A DNA stretch of 51,838 nt from an uncultured Alphaproteobacteria bacterium (GCA_944391725.1 CALXUQ010000004.1:1-51838), one strand, 5' to 3'. Shown: positions 19,151 to 30,316, numbered from the stretch's first letter. Made by a program: numbers and translations. The notes: generated from the sequence alone by a model not told the origin.

Positions 19151-19852
19151 ATGAAACACACGGTGCTGATTGTCGAAGATGAAGAAGCTTTAGCTTTAGT
19201 TCTCAAATATAATCTTGAGAAAGAAGGTTATAATGTGGTTTGGGAGCCTCGCGGCAGTAAGGTTGTTTCCGTAGTTGAAAAAGAGCGCCCTTCAGTAATT
19301 TTGCTTGATTGGATGTTGCCGGAGCTCTCCGGAGTTGAAATTTGCAAACAAATTCGCAACAAGCCCGATATTAAGAATATCCCGATAATCATGCTCACTG
19401 CCAAAGGTGAAGAAGAAGACAAGATTAAAGGTCTGTCTTCCGGCGCCGATGACTATGTGACCAAACCTTTTTCCATTCCCGAGCTGATGGCCCGCGTCAA
19501 AACCAACATCCGCCGCGCCCCCGAACCGGTCACCGAAAAAGAATTGGTCTTTGAAGACATTGTCATGGATATGGAAACCAAAAAAGTGCACCGTGGCGAG
19601 AATTACATTCACTTAGGCCCGACCGAGTTTCGTCTGCTTAAAACTTTAATGGAAGTTCCGGGTAAAGTTTTTTCGCGTGAGTATTTGCTCAAAACCGTAT
19701 GGGGTGACAATATCTATGTTGAATCCCGCACGGTTGACGTTCACATTCGCAGACTGCGTAAATCCTTAAACGAATACGGTCCGGATTATATTCGCACGGT
19801 TCGTGCCACCGGCTATTCACTAGACAGCAATATGCCCGACGAAGAAGAATAA
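19151..19852 (+). CDS. phoB: PhoB-like OmpR-family response regulator
   Basis: LLDWMLP, GADDYVTKPF, LGPTEFRLL, VWG..YVESRTVDVHIRRLRK; GGAGG RBS. Confidence 0.85.
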   Translation: MKHTVLIVEDEEALALVLKYNLEKEGYNVVWEPRGSKVVSVVEKERPSVILLDWMLPELSGVEICKQIRNKPDIKNIPIIMLTAKGEEEDKIKGLSSGADDYVTKPFSIPELMARVKTNIRRAPEPVTEKELVFEDIVMDMETKKVHRGENYIHLGPTEFRLLKTLMEVPGKVFSREYLLKTVWGDNIYVESRTVDVHIRRLRKSLNEYGPDYIRTVRATGYSLDSNMPDEEE

Positions 19853-19931
19853 GGTGCCATACCGGCAGTTTTGCTTTCAAAAATTTCCTTGCTAATTGTC
19901 ACATTCTGGGGCACAATGGCTCCAAATGTAA

Positions 19932-21068
<1,137 letters not shown>

Positions 21069-21069
21069 G

Positions 21070-22023
21070 ATGGAAAAATGCACCAACCAAAGCGTTGAAC
21101 AATTTGTAGATTCTTTTCGCCAGGACAACCGCGGCGAGGGATTGCGAGTATTTGTGGCCGGAGGTTCGCGTTCTGGTTTGGACCCGATTTATGTTGAAGA
21201 ATGCTATAATCTGGGCCGCAAAATTGCCAAGATGGATTTTCGGCTTGACTTTGGCTTATCAAGTTCCGGCATTATGGGTGCGGTGGCCAGAGGTGTTTTA
21301 GACGGTTGGAACAAAAAACAATGTGCCGGAGCCCCGATTCAAGGTATCACCACCAAGGAATATTACAGCCTGTATCAAACTGATGAGATTTTGAGCCAAA
21401 TAGAAGATGTCATTGTGGCTCAGACCTTAGAAGAGCGCAAACAAAAATTGCTCAATGCCGACTTTGTGGTTTTTGCCCCCGGCGGAGTAGGAACACTAGA
21501 TGAGTTGGCCTATGATTGCGTGGCCATGCAAGACGGATTTTTGCAAATAAAGCCTTTTATCTTGTATAATGTTGAGGGCTATTTTCATCACTTGGTCGAG
21601 TTTTTAAAGAGCATTGCCGCTCATGGTTTTGCCGACCCCATACCTTTCATTGTGGTAGATGATAGCTATGAGTTAGGTATTGTGTTTCGCTTGCTTAAAT
21701 GTCGCTATCAAAAAGGCAATACCACCTCTGAGGCTTATACCGCCACCCGAAAATTGATATACGAATTGCCATACTTCATTCGCCAAAAAACTGCCAATCC
21801 CGACAAGCATATTGAAACCATGGTCGAGGAGATGCAAGAGATTAATCTTCATGGTAGTGCCGAACAAAGAAGTGAACTGGCCGATGAAATTGAGCGCGCC
21901 TATCTTGAAAAAGAAATCGAACGAATGTATGACCGCCTTGCTAAGACCGGAAGAGATACGGCCGTTGTGAGCGACAAGTTAACCAAACTCCGCCAAATGC
22001 GTAAACAAAACAAAAAGATATAA
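21070..22023 (+). CDS. LOG-family nucleotide phosphoribohydrolase-like protein with C-terminal extension
   Basis: GIMGAVARG, ERK and PGGVGTLDE LOG motifs; ~110-aa extra helical tail. Confidence 0.8.
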   Translation: MEKCTNQSVEQFVDSFRQDNRGEGLRVFVAGGSRSGLDPIYVEECYNLGRKIAKMDFRLDFGLSSSGIMGAVARGVLDGWNKKQCAGAPIQGITTKEYYSLYQTDEILSQIEDVIVAQTLEERKQKLLNADFVVFAPGGVGTLDELAYDCVAMQDGFLQIKPFILYNVEGYFHHLVEFLKSIAAHGFADPIPFIVVDDSYELGIVFRLLKCRYQKGNTTSEAYTATRKLIYELPYFIRQKTANPDKHIETMVEEMQEINLHGSAEQRSELADEIERAYLEKEIERMYDRLAKTGRDTAVVSDKLTKLRQMRKQNKKI

Positions 22024-22039
22024 GTAAAGAGGGGGATAA

Positions 22040-22930
22040 ATGTTTGCGGTTTTTATGGCATTTTTGGCCCCGATACTTCATTCTTTTTGCAATTTGCTGG
22101 ATTCGCATTTTGCCAATAATCTGATTAAGAGCAACAGCGCGGTAATTTTTTACAATTCTTTGACCAATGTTTTGGTCATACCGGTTTTGTTTTTGTTTGG
22201 AGTTCCGCAAGCCATCACTTGGGAACAATTGCCTTTTTTGGTGATTATTGCAGCTACCGAAACTTTTTATTTACTTCCCTATTATCACGCTTTGCGGCGG
22301 ATAGATACCTCGGTCACCAGTGCTTTATTTTCGCTTTCTGGCGTGCTCATTCCGATAATGGCCTGGTTTTTGGTAGATGAAAAATTGAGCGCGATGCAAT
22401 ATTTTGGTTTTGGGGTAATTATTGCCGCCAGCATCGCCTTAAACTTGGAACATCCCCGCAAGATTCGGCTCAATTCGGCTTTTTTCCTAATGTCGGCTGT
22501 GGCTGTGATGTTAGCTTTTCAGGCAGTGTGCTATAAATATGCAGTAGATAACTTGGACTGGGTCACTGCCGTCTTTTATACTCTGGTGCTTTCCACCTTG
22601 ATGAGTTGCGCTTTTCTGCTGTTTGGCAAAACCAGACAAGATATTGTCTCGGCTTTCCCGACTTATCGCCGCAATTTTCACTATTTTTTGCTCAATGAAA
22701 TTGTGTACCAAGGCGGCGAACTTCCCTCACTGTTTGCGCTTTCGGTTTTGCCGGTAGTCGCGGTTGAAGGCATCGGCGCCACTCAGCCGATTTTTGTGCT
22801 GTTGTTTGGAATGGCGTTGCATCGCGTATATGGCAAGCGCTTCAAAGAAAATTTCCACGCCGAACATATTTACAAAAAACTGCTCTGTTTCGGACTGATT
22901 GCGCTGGGTGTAATTTTGATATTGCGATAA
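22040..22930 (+). CDS. EamA/DMT-family transporter
   Basis: 296 aa, about 10 TM helices in two repeats, ..FLVDEKLS..QYFG motif. Confidence 0.8.
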   Translation: MFAVFMAFLAPILHSFCNLLDSHFANNLIKSNSAVIFYNSLTNVLVIPVLFLFGVPQAITWEQLPFLVIIAATETFYLLPYYHALRRIDTSVTSALFSLSGVLIPIMAWFLVDEKLSAMQYFGFGVIIAASIALNLEHPRKIRLNSAFFLMSAVAVMLAFQAVCYKYAVDNLDWVTAVFYTLVLSTLMSCAFLLFGKTRQDIVSAFPTYRRNFHYFLLNEIVYQGGELPSLFALSVLPVVAVEGIGATQPIFVLLFGMALHRVYGKRFKENFHAEHIYKKLLCFGLIALGVILILR

Positions 22931-22993
22931 AAGCGTTTACAACTGAGCTTATTTTGCTATATATTGAAGCAAATTAACAATGAGGGTAAAACA

Positions 22994-24757
22994 ATGACCG
23001 ATAATGTATTTAAGTTTTTGTGGAAATATTTATCCAAGCTTAAGTTTTTGTTTTTTGCGGTTTTGCTCTCAGTGATTTTGGGCGAGGCTTGCGTGCGGGT
23101 GGCTTTGTACTATGCCTCTGAGATTGTCGAAACTCTGTCTTCTGCCGCAGATAGGAAAGAGGTTTGGTATACCGCATTGGGCTTTGCCGGCCTAACGGCA
23201 ATTTTTCTGTTTTTGAAAGGTGTATTACTCAATGTCGTTATCTTCATTGAGGCGCGCTTTTTGCCCAAATATAATACCTATGTAGCCAAAGATTTGTTTA
23301 ACTACGCCCACCAACATTCCACAGCTTTTTTTGCCGAAGAAATGGCCGGCAATATTTCTTCCAAAATCAAGACCATAATTGATAATAGCTATTACATTTA
23401 TTACAACCTGCTCTGGGGTTTTGTGTCACCCAGCGTGGCGCTTTTGATAAGCTTTGGCTTTATCTGGCATATTAACTGGGAGCTCGGAATGCTGATGTTG
23501 GTACTAAATTGTCTGCTGATATGGTTGATATATACTTTAAGCAAGAAATTAGCGCCCTATTCCGAAACCCGCTCTCGGCTGATGTCAGAAGCCAACGGTG
23601 GCTTGGTGGATAGCATTACCAATGCCTCTTTGGTAAAAAATTTCAGCAACTTTATTGCCGAGAAAAGCCGCTATTTCCGCGAAATGCGCAAAGCCGCCGA
23701 GGCCGACAGAATAGAGACCATTCAGTTTGGCAAAATTTTTCTGACCCAAGGGATGTGCCGCGCCCTGATGGAAGCCATTTTTTATGCCCTGCCGATTTGG
23801 TATTGGTACCGTGGTGAGATTAGTGTCGGCCAGTTTGTGCTTATCCAAAGTCTGATTATAACTTTGAGCGGCTTGTATAATATGCTCTCCATGCAGTTTA
23901 TGCAGTTTTTCAAACTCTATGGTGGGATTCGCGATGGATTGAAACTATTGGCACGTCCCCGCGAAGTAGTTGATGTTAAAGGCGCCAAAAAACTAAAAGT
24001 CCGCCATGGTGATATTGCCTTTTCGCATATTGAATATCATTACAAGGGCTCTGAGCCGCTGTTTTCTGATTTTAATTTAGAAATCCGCGGTGGAGAAAAA
24101 ATTGGCTTGGTCGGACGTTCTGGTTCCGGCAAATCCACCTTGATAAAATTGCTCTCGCGTTATTATGATTTGCAGTCGGGCGAGATAACGATAGATGGCC
24201 AAAACATTGCCTTGGTCACGCAAGATTCCCTGCGCCGGCAAATTGCGCTCATTCCTCAAGACCCAAGCTTGTTTAACCGCAGTATTATGGAAAATATCCG
24301 CTATGGTAACCTAAAAGCCAGCGATGAAGAAGTCTATGCCGCCGCCAAAAAAGCCTATTGCCACGATTTTATTATGGCTCTGCCGCAAGGCTATGAGAGT
24401 AAGGTTGGTGAACGAGGAGTGATGCTCTCCGGCGGCGAAAGACAGCGCATAGCCATTGCCCGCGCCATTTTGAAAAATGCCCCGATTCTGATTTTAGATG
24501 AGGCCACCTCGGCTTTAGATAGTGAGAGTGAAAGATATATTCAAGATTCGCTAAAAAACCTCATGGAAGGCAAAACCGTAATTGCCATTGCGCACCGCCT
24601 GTCCACGCTCAAAGAGATGAACCGCTTGGTGGTAATGGAACACGGCAAAATCATCGAGCAAGGCAGCCACAGTGCACTTTTGCGCAAAAAGGGCGTGTAT
24701 AGCAGTTTTTACGATTTGCAGTCTTCCGGCTTTTTGAAACTTGATAGTGAAGACTAA
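22994..24757 (+). CDS. ABC transporter, fused permease/ATP-binding (MsbA/Atm1-like exporter)
   Basis: N-terminal TM domain, GRSGSGKST, LSGGERQR, LILDEATSALD, IAHRLST. Confidence 0.92.
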   Translation: MTDNVFKFLWKYLSKLKFLFFAVLLSVILGEACVRVALYYASEIVETLSSAADRKEVWYTALGFAGLTAIFLFLKGVLLNVVIFIEARFLPKYNTYVAKDLFNYAHQHSTAFFAEEMAGNISSKIKTIIDNSYYIYYNLLWGFVSPSVALLISFGFIWHINWELGMLMLVLNCLLIWLIYTLSKKLAPYSETRSRLMSEANGGLVDSITNASLVKNFSNFIAEKSRYFREMRKAAEADRIETIQFGKIFLTQGMCRALMEAIFYALPIWYWYRGEISVGQFVLIQSLIITLSGLYNMLSMQFMQFFKLYGGIRDGLKLLARPREVVDVKGAKKLKVRHGDIAFSHIEYHYKGSEPLFSDFNLEIRGGEKIGLVGRSGSGKSTLIKLLSRYYDLQSGEITIDGQNIALVTQDSLRRQIALIPQDPSLFNRSIMENIRYGNLKASDEEVYAAAKKAYCHDFIMALPQGYESKVGERGVMLSGGERQRIAIARAILKNAPILILDEATSALDSESERYIQDSLKNLMEGKTVIAIAHRLSTLKEMNRLVVMEHGKIIEQGSHSALLRKKGVYSSFYDLQSSGFLKLDSED

Positions 24758-25911
24758 GCCACCGACTTGAACAAATCTTTAATCTTGTCCAAGAAACCTT
24801 TGCTTTCGGGTTGGCAGCTGTCATCTTGACTAATAGAGCGAAATTCTTCCAAAAGTTCTTTTTGACGGGGAGTTAAGTTAACCGGAGTTTCGACCCTAAG
24901 ACGTACGAATAAATCGCCCCGATTTTTAGAGCGTAGCACGGTCATACCCTGATTTTTGAGCCGAATTTGCTGGTCGTTTTGTGCTCCGGCCGGAATTTCA
25001 AGTTCAATTTTTTCACCATCAATTGCCGGAATTTCCAGTTTGCCGCCTAATGCCGCACAAGTCATCGACACCGGAATCTGCGCATAAAGATTAGCCCCCT
25101 CGCGGCTGTATAATTTGTGTTGTTTAACACTGATAAACACGTATAAATCGCCGTTTGGACCGCCGTGTAAGCCGGCCTCTCCGCCACCGCTGATACGCAT
25201 TCTGGTACCATCTTCGATTCCGGCCGGAATTTTGACTTTAATTTCTTTTTCTTCACCGATAACCCCGGCACCTTTACAGTCTTTGCAAGGTTCTTTAATG
25301 ATACGGCCTTTCCCGCGACATTTCGGACAAGTTGTTTCCACAATAAAGAAACCGCCTTGTTGCTGGCGGACTTTACCGCTGCCATGACAATCCGGACAAA
25401 CTTCCGGTTCTTTACCATCGGCCGTACCATGTCCATGACAAGTTTCACAAACTTTGGTTGAAGGGATTTTGATATCCTTTTCAAGCCCAAAAAATGCCTC
25501 TTCCAAGCTGATTTCGAGATTATAGCGCAAGTCAGCACCGGCTTGAGCATAAGAGCGTTGCTGCCCCCGAGCGCCTCCTCCCATGAAATCGGAAAAAATA
25601 TTTTCAAAGATATCGGAAAATCCGCCGGCTCCGAAATTAAATTCAAATCCCCCAAAAGGATTAGCGCCGCCCATACCGCCGTTTTTGAAGGCCTCATGCC
25701 CATAACGGTCATAAGCGGCACGTTTTTGCTCGTCTTTCAACACATCATAAGCTTCGTTAATTTCCTTAAAATGGAGTTCGGCCTCTTTGTCTCCGGGGTT
25801 GCGGTCAGGATGATATTTCATCGCCAAACGCCGATACGATTTTTTAAGTTCTTCACCGCTACAGTCACGGCTAACTTCCAGTAGTTCGTAATAGTCTTTT
25901 TCCGTACTCAT
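24754..25911 (-). CDS. dnaJ: Chaperone DnaJ
   Basis: J-domain with HPD, G/F-rich linker, four CxxCxGxG repeats. Confidence 0.97.
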   Translation of the reverse strand: MSTEKDYYELLEVSRDCSGEELKKSYRRLAMKYHPDRNPGDKEAELHFKEINEAYDVLKDEQKRAAYDRYGHEAFKNGGMGGANPFGGFEFNFGAGGFSDIFENIFSDFMGGGARGQQRSYAQAGADLRYNLEISLEEAFFGLEKDIKIPSTKVCETCHGHGTADGKEPEVCPDCHGSGKVRQQQGGFFIVETTCPKCRGKGRIIKEPCKDCKGAGVIGEEKEIKVKIPAGIEDGTRMRISGGGEAGLHGGPNGDLYVFISVKQHKLYSREGANLYAQIPVSMTCAALGGKLEIPAIDGEKIELEIPAGAQNDQQIRLKNQGMTVLRSKNRGDLFVRLRVETPVNLTPRQKELLEEFRSISQDDSCQPESKGFLDKIKDLFKSVA

Positions 25912-25950
25912 AATTTTTCAACTCAATTAAGTTCTTGCAAGTTAATTAGT

Positions 25951-25979
25951 ATTTAGGGATTCGAAATTGCAAAGTCAAG
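25951..25979 (-). promoter_or_regulatory. Putative RpoH (sigma32) promoter of dnaJ
   Basis: Minus strand CTTG-N18-CCTAAAT. Confidence 0.5.
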
Positions 25980-26037
25980 CTTTTCCGCGCGGATAGCCAA
26001 AAATAAGCCACAAAGATAGGCCAAACATTTAAAAATC

Positions 26038-26063
26038 AAAAACCCCGAAAAGATTCGGGGTTT
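26038..26063 (-). terminator. Terminator after dnaK
   Basis: AAACCCCGAA-AAGA-TTCGGGGTTT with an A-run on the + strand. Confidence 0.65.
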
Positions 26064-26085
26064 CGATTGTTAGGCTTTAAGCTGT

Positions 26086-27993
26086 TTATTTGACTTCTTC
26101 AAAATCAGCATCAACAACTTTGTCATCTTTCGGCTGTTCGGCGCTTGCGGCTTCCGGACCGGCGGCACCGGCAGCTTGAGCAGCTTCGGCTTGTTGTTTA
26201 TACATAGCCTCGCCGAGTTTGAGAGAAGCCTGCATCAAAGCATCGGTACGCTCTTTGATGTTAGCGGCATCATCAGCTTCCATAGCCGACTTCAAGGTTT
26301 TGATAGCTTCCTCAATCTGAGACTTATCAGCCGCACTGATTTTATCACCGTTTTCTTTAAGAGTTTTTTCGGTGGTGTGGATCAAAGCTTCAGCCTGATT
26401 GCGAACTTCTACCAATTCTTTTTTCTTCTTATCGGCTTCGGCATTAGCTTCAGCGTCTTTAACCATTTTTTCGATATCAGCATCAGACAAACCGCCGGAA
26501 GCTTGGATTCGAATAGCTTGCTCTTTGTTGGTAGCCTTATCTTTAGCCGATACGTTTACAATACCGTTGGCATCAATATCGAAGGTAACTTCAATTTGCG
26601 GCATACCACGCGGTGCAGGCGGAATACCGACCAAATCAAACTGACCCAAGAGCTTGTTGTCGGCGGCCATTTCGCGTTCACCTTGGAAGACACGAATGGT
26701 AACTGCAGTCTGACCATCATCGGCAGTCGAGAAGACTTGCGATTTGCGGGTCGGGATAGTGGTGTTACGGTCAATCAAACGAGTGAATACACCGCCCAAG
26801 GTTTCAATACCCAAAGACAACGGAGTAACATCCAACAGCAACACGTCTTTAACATCGCCCATCAAGACACCACCCTGAATAGCAGCGCCAACCGCCACCA
26901 CTTCATCAGGGTTAACGCCTTTGTGAGGCTCTTTGCCGAAGATTTCCTTAACTTTTTCTTGAACTTTCGGCATACGGGTCATACCACCAACCAGAATAAC
27001 CTCGCTGATTTCATTTGCTTTCAAGCCGGCATCAGCCAAAGCTTTTTTGCAAGGCTCAATCGTGCGGTCAATCAAATCTTCAACCAAAGATTCGAGTTTA
27101 GCACGGGTTAATTTGATATTGAGGTGTTTCGGGCCGGTTGCGTCAGCCGTAATAAACGGCAGGTTAACTTCGGTCTGAGTGGTTGAAGAAAGTTCGATTT
27201 TAGCTTTTTCGGCAGCTTCTTTTAAGCGTTGCAGAGCCAAGCGGTCATTTTTAAGATCAATACCGGTTTCTTTCTTAAACTCATCGGACAAATAGTTAAC
27301 AATACGTTGGTCAAAGTCTTCACCGCCAAGGAATGTATCACCGTTAGTAGATTTCACTTCGAACACGCCGTCGCCAATTTCCAAAATGGAGATATCGAAA
27401 GTACCACCACCCAAGTCATAAACGGCAATGGTACCGCTGGCTTTTTTATCCATACCATAAGCCAAAGCAGCTGCAGTCGGCTCGTTGATAATACGCAAAA
27501 CTTCCAAACCGGCAATTTTACCGGCATCTTTAGTAGCCTGACGTTGCGAGTCATTGAAATAAGCCGGTACGGTAATAACCGCTTTTTCGATTTTTTCGCC
27601 AAGATAGCTTTCGGCATATTCCTTAATTTTCTGCAATACGATAGCTGAGATTTGAGACGGAGCATATTTCTGTCCTTTAACCTCAACCCAAGCATCGCCG
27701 TTATCGCCCGGAATAATCTTAAACGGTACCAAAGTTTTATCTTTGGCAACTTCCGGAGAATCATAACGACGACCGATTAAACGTTTGATAGCAAACAAAG
27801 TGTTTTCCGGATTGGTTACAGCCTGACGTTTTGCCGGAAAACCGACCAAACGCTCATTATCCGTAAACGCTACCATAGACGGGGTAGTTCTTGCCCCTTC
27901 GGTGTTTTCCAAAACCTTAGCTTCTCCGCCTTCCATAACGGCAAAGCAGGAGTTTGTAGTACCAAGGTCAATACCGATTACTTTATTGCTCAT
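26086..27993 (-). CDS. dnaK: Chaperone DnaK
   Basis: [33 protein letters not shown]-terminal VDADFEEVK. Confidence 0.98.
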   Translation of the reverse strand: MSNKVIGIDLGTTNSCFAVMEGGEAKVLENTEGARTTPSMVAFTDNERLVGFPAKRQAVTNPENTLFAIKRLIGRRYDSPEVAKDKTLVPFKIIPGDNGDAWVEVKGQKYAPSQISAIVLQKIKEYAESYLGEKIEKAVITVPAYFNDSQRQATKDAGKIAGLEVLRIINEPTAAALAYGMDKKASGTIAVYDLGGGTFDISILEIGDGVFEVKSTNGDTFLGGEDFDQRIVNYLSDEFKKETGIDLKNDRLALQRLKEAAEKAKIELSSTTQTEVNLPFITADATGPKHLNIKLTRAKLESLVEDLIDRTIEPCKKALADAGLKANEISEVILVGGMTRMPKVQEKVKEIFGKEPHKGVNPDEVVAVGAAIQGGVLMGDVKDVLLLDVTPLSLGIETLGGVFTRLIDRNTTIPTRKSQVFSTADDGQTAVTIRVFQGEREMAADNKLLGQFDLVGIPPAPRGMPQIEVTFDIDANGIVNVSAKDKATNKEQAIRIQASGGLSDADIEKMVKDAEANAEADKKKKELVEVRNQAEALIHTTEKTLKENGDKISAADKSQIEEAIKTLKSAMEADDAANIKERTDALMQASLKLGEAMYKQQAEAAQAAGAAGPEAASAEQPKDDKVVDADFEEVK

Positions 27994-28049
27994 AATTTAT
28001 CACCCTTCTTTAAGTTTCGATTTAACTAACTATTTATTGCTATACCCTT

Positions 28050-28078
28050 ATATAGGTAGGGTAAATTTTAGATGCAAG
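28050..28078 (-). promoter_or_regulatory. Putative RpoH (sigma32) promoter of dnaK
   Basis: Minus strand CTTG-N18-CCTATAT, matching the alphaproteobacterial heat-shock consensus. Confidence 0.65.
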
Positions 28079-28123
28079 CCTTGGGCGATATTTTTTGAAA
28101 TTTTTTTAGAAATTTTTTTTGAT

Positions 28124-29617
28124 TTAGTGATGAGCGATAACGTATCCGTTGTTGCCGTCAACAGCGGTGTTGGCATAACCAAAATCAATCGAGTTCATGG
28201 AATGGATTCTAAATAAGGTTTCGCCTTGTTCGACCTTGTCGCCGACCTTTTTGAGCAAGTCGAGTCCGGCTCCCGGATTTTGCGATGCTCCGGCCAAAAC
28301 CCCGATACGATTAATCCGTGTGTTATCAATACTTTCGACATATCCGCTTTCAGAAGCCACAATATCGCGGGTCAAATGCCCCAGTGTTGGTTGCGGAGCT
28401 TTGCCTTGAGCATGAATAATGCGGTTCATGCTTTCAAGAGCGCGACCGGAGTTAAGAATTTCTTTGGCCACAAAATAACCTTGCCCGCCCCGCAGTTTGG
28501 GGTCAAAGTCGATGATTCTTCCGGCCAAGAATAAAGATTTTTCGCGCAAATCTTGCGGAGCATCATCTTTGTTGCGCAACACTTTCATCACATCGCGAGC
28601 TTCGAGCACAGCGCCAATACCATTGCCGATTGGTTCGCTACCATCAGTGATAACCGCATCGACCTCGATTCCCATTTGGTCGCCGACATATTCGATTAGT
28701 TTTCTAAGCCGCATGGCATCTTGAGTAGTTTTAATGCGTGAGTTTGGACCAACCGGAATATCAATCACGAGGTGAGTGATACCCATTGCAATTTTAATGG
28801 CGAGGATTGAAGAAATCAGATGTTGCTGTTGAGTAATGCCGATTTGCCGTTCAACAGAAGATATAAGACGGTTGGCCACGGCAATTTGCAAGCCGCTATG
28901 GCAGACCAAAGCACCACGATTTTCGGCAATCAGCTTTTTGAGTTGGGTTTCATCAAGGTCGACGTTGGCAAGCACACTCATAGTATCGGCCACACCGGCG
29001 CAAGAACTAAGCGAGCGCGAGGCGGTCTTGGGAATGGGCAGACCATAGGCCGATACAATTGCCGTAATAATAATGTCGGTTTTATTACCGGGGATACCGC
29101 CCAAGCAGTGATGATCGACCACAATCCCCTCATTATCCCAACTGATAGTTTGGTTGCCGACTAAAGATTCGGTCATTGCCAAGACCTCGGGCGGGGTCAT
29201 AAACGAACCGGATGCAACTAAGAAAGCGGCAATATCCATATTAGAATAGCGCCGATTGGTGATATCGGTAATAATGGCTTGGTATTCGTTGGGGCTTAAG
29301 ATATTTCCGGCAATTTTGCGTTTGATTGAAGAAACACTGGGCGGAGGTGGTGTAAGTGCCAAGGTAATGTTTGCGCCTTCAGGTAAGTTAATTTGTTCAA
29401 AAGCCTCGGTGTTAAGTGCGAGCTGATCAGGGCTGACTATAGATTCGTCATCAACAATGTTAAGGAAGGCATAGATAGGCTTGGCGCCTCCATGAATTTC
29501 TACTTTGGTCATAAATTTGATATCATCAAGCTTATAGGCCACGCAGTCTTTATGCAGATATGCAACATTTTCATTAAAAGAAGTGATAGGTAAATGTTTT
29601 AATGTCAGCATCGCCAT
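28124..29617 (-). CDS. Thymidine/AMP phosphorylase family protein (long N-terminal type), divergent active site
   Basis: HCLGGIPGNKT, PKTASR, TDGSEPIGNGIG..LEARDV, GLDLLKKVGD.V..GE.LF.IH. Confidence 0.85.
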   Translation of the reverse strand: MAMLTLKHLPITSFNENVAYLHKDCVAYKLDDIKFMTKVEIHGGAKPIYAFLNIVDDESIVSPDQLALNTEAFEQINLPEGANITLALTPPPPSVSSIKRKIAGNILSPNEYQAIITDITNRRYSNMDIAAFLVASGSFMTPPEVLAMTESLVGNQTISWDNEGIVVDHHCLGGIPGNKTDIIITAIVSAYGLPIPKTASRSLSSCAGVADTMSVLANVDLDETQLKKLIAENRGALVCHSGLQIAVANRLISSVERQIGITQQQHLISSILAIKIAMGITHLVIDIPVGPNSRIKTTQDAMRLRKLIEYVGDQMGIEVDAVITDGSEPIGNGIGAVLEARDVMKVLRNKDDAPQDLREKSLFLAGRIIDFDPKLRGGQGYFVAKEILNSGRALESMNRIIHAQGKAPQPTLGHLTRDIVASESGYVESIDNTRINRIGVLAGASQNPGAGLDLLKKVGDKVEQGETLFRIHSMNSIDFGYANTAVDGNNGYVIAHH

Positions 29618-29706
29618 TCCCAAAGATTAATCATAGTGTTAGAAATATCATATTTTTATTTATGATTAGTTAATGCGGAAGAGAGGCAAGGGGTAATAAA
29701 ATCCGC

Positions 29707-29734
29707 TTGCAAATTCTGCGAGATTAGATAGACT
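29707..29734 (+). promoter_or_regulatory. Putative sigma70-type promoter of cassette copy 2
   Basis: TTGCAA-N16-TAGACT, same arrangement as 761-788. Confidence 0.6.
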
Positions 29735-29740
29735 AGACTT

Positions 29741-29909
29741 GCACTCGGGTGAGCCGGGTGCGGAGTGTCACAACTCCTTAACTAGAAAAGAACAACTCCT
29801 TGAATGGGGAGCGATCGGAATAAGTGTGCCTTGCGCATAACGAAGAAGGTCGACTGACATATGCAGTTGCTAACTCCCCGCCTTAGGAATGCTAGGGCGG
29901 TTTCTTTTT
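29741..29909 (+). ncRNA. Structured leader RNA, C4/CI-antisense-like, copy 2 (uninterrupted)
   Basis: Hairpins 29741-29761 and 29762-29777; cloverleaf GGGGAG(29806-11)/CTCCCC(29874-79) with two arms; terminator 29878-29909. Confidence 0.62.
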
Positions 29910-29938
29910 AACTAGAAACCTAAAGGGAGTTTAGAGCT

Positions 29939-30205
29939 ATGGGACATCATCGTAACCGTATTAAATCTTGGCAGGAATGCCGCAAAGAAATTGGCGAAAA
30001 AATTAAGGAAATGCGCTTAGAGTTGGCTTTATCGCCCGAAAATGCCGCCGAAATACTGCATACCGGCACCAATCACTTGCTTTACTTAGAAGATGGATAT
30101 CTAAAAAATATGCAAATCTCCACCCTCCACGCACTAGCTTATAAATATAATTATAAGTTACAGATAAGCTTTGAGAAAAAAATAGTTCAGCCAGCACATA
30201 GATAG
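29939..30205 (+). CDS. XRE/Cro-C1 family helix-turn-helix protein (copy 2)
   Basis: Only three amino-acid differences from 1264-1545 across the core (D/A, T/N, K/Q); termini differ. Confidence 0.8.
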   Translation: MGHHRNRIKSWQECRKEIGEKIKEMRLELALSPENAAEILHTGTNHLLYLEDGYLKNMQISTLHALAYKYNYKLQISFEKKIVQPAHR

Positions 30206-30316
30206 CATCGCGGATATAGGGCACATACGTCAAGCAACTAACCTGCCGCGCCCAGCCGTGCTGGCCTCAGGCGCTGCTTGCGCGCACCCGTCGCACGGGC
30301 GCACCAGCCGTGCTGG
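30203..30316. repeat. 3' structured repeat shared with 1664-1725 and 1928-1990, plus two CCAGCCGTGCTGG palindromes
   Basis: TAGCATCGCGG...GGCACATACG...CTAACCTGCCGCG...CCCGTCGCACGGG; CCAGCCGTGCTGG at 30252 and 30304. Confidence 0.8.

Noticed and set aside
19897-19918. Pho box upstream of tgt
   Set aside because: Only one half-site (TTGTCAC) fits; the region reads better as TTGCTA-N17-CACAAT sigma70 promoter
26176-27111. 311-aa ORF antisense to dnaK (and similar antisense ORFs in gyrB, macB, dnaJ)
   Set aside because: Well-known shadow frames caused by codon bias in conserved genes; no independent motifs
29804-29857. Leader peptide MGSDRNKCALRITKKVD (ash-like position)
   Set aside because: No RBS, stop position differs in copy 1, and substitutions preserve pairing rather than amino acids; not excluded but unsupported
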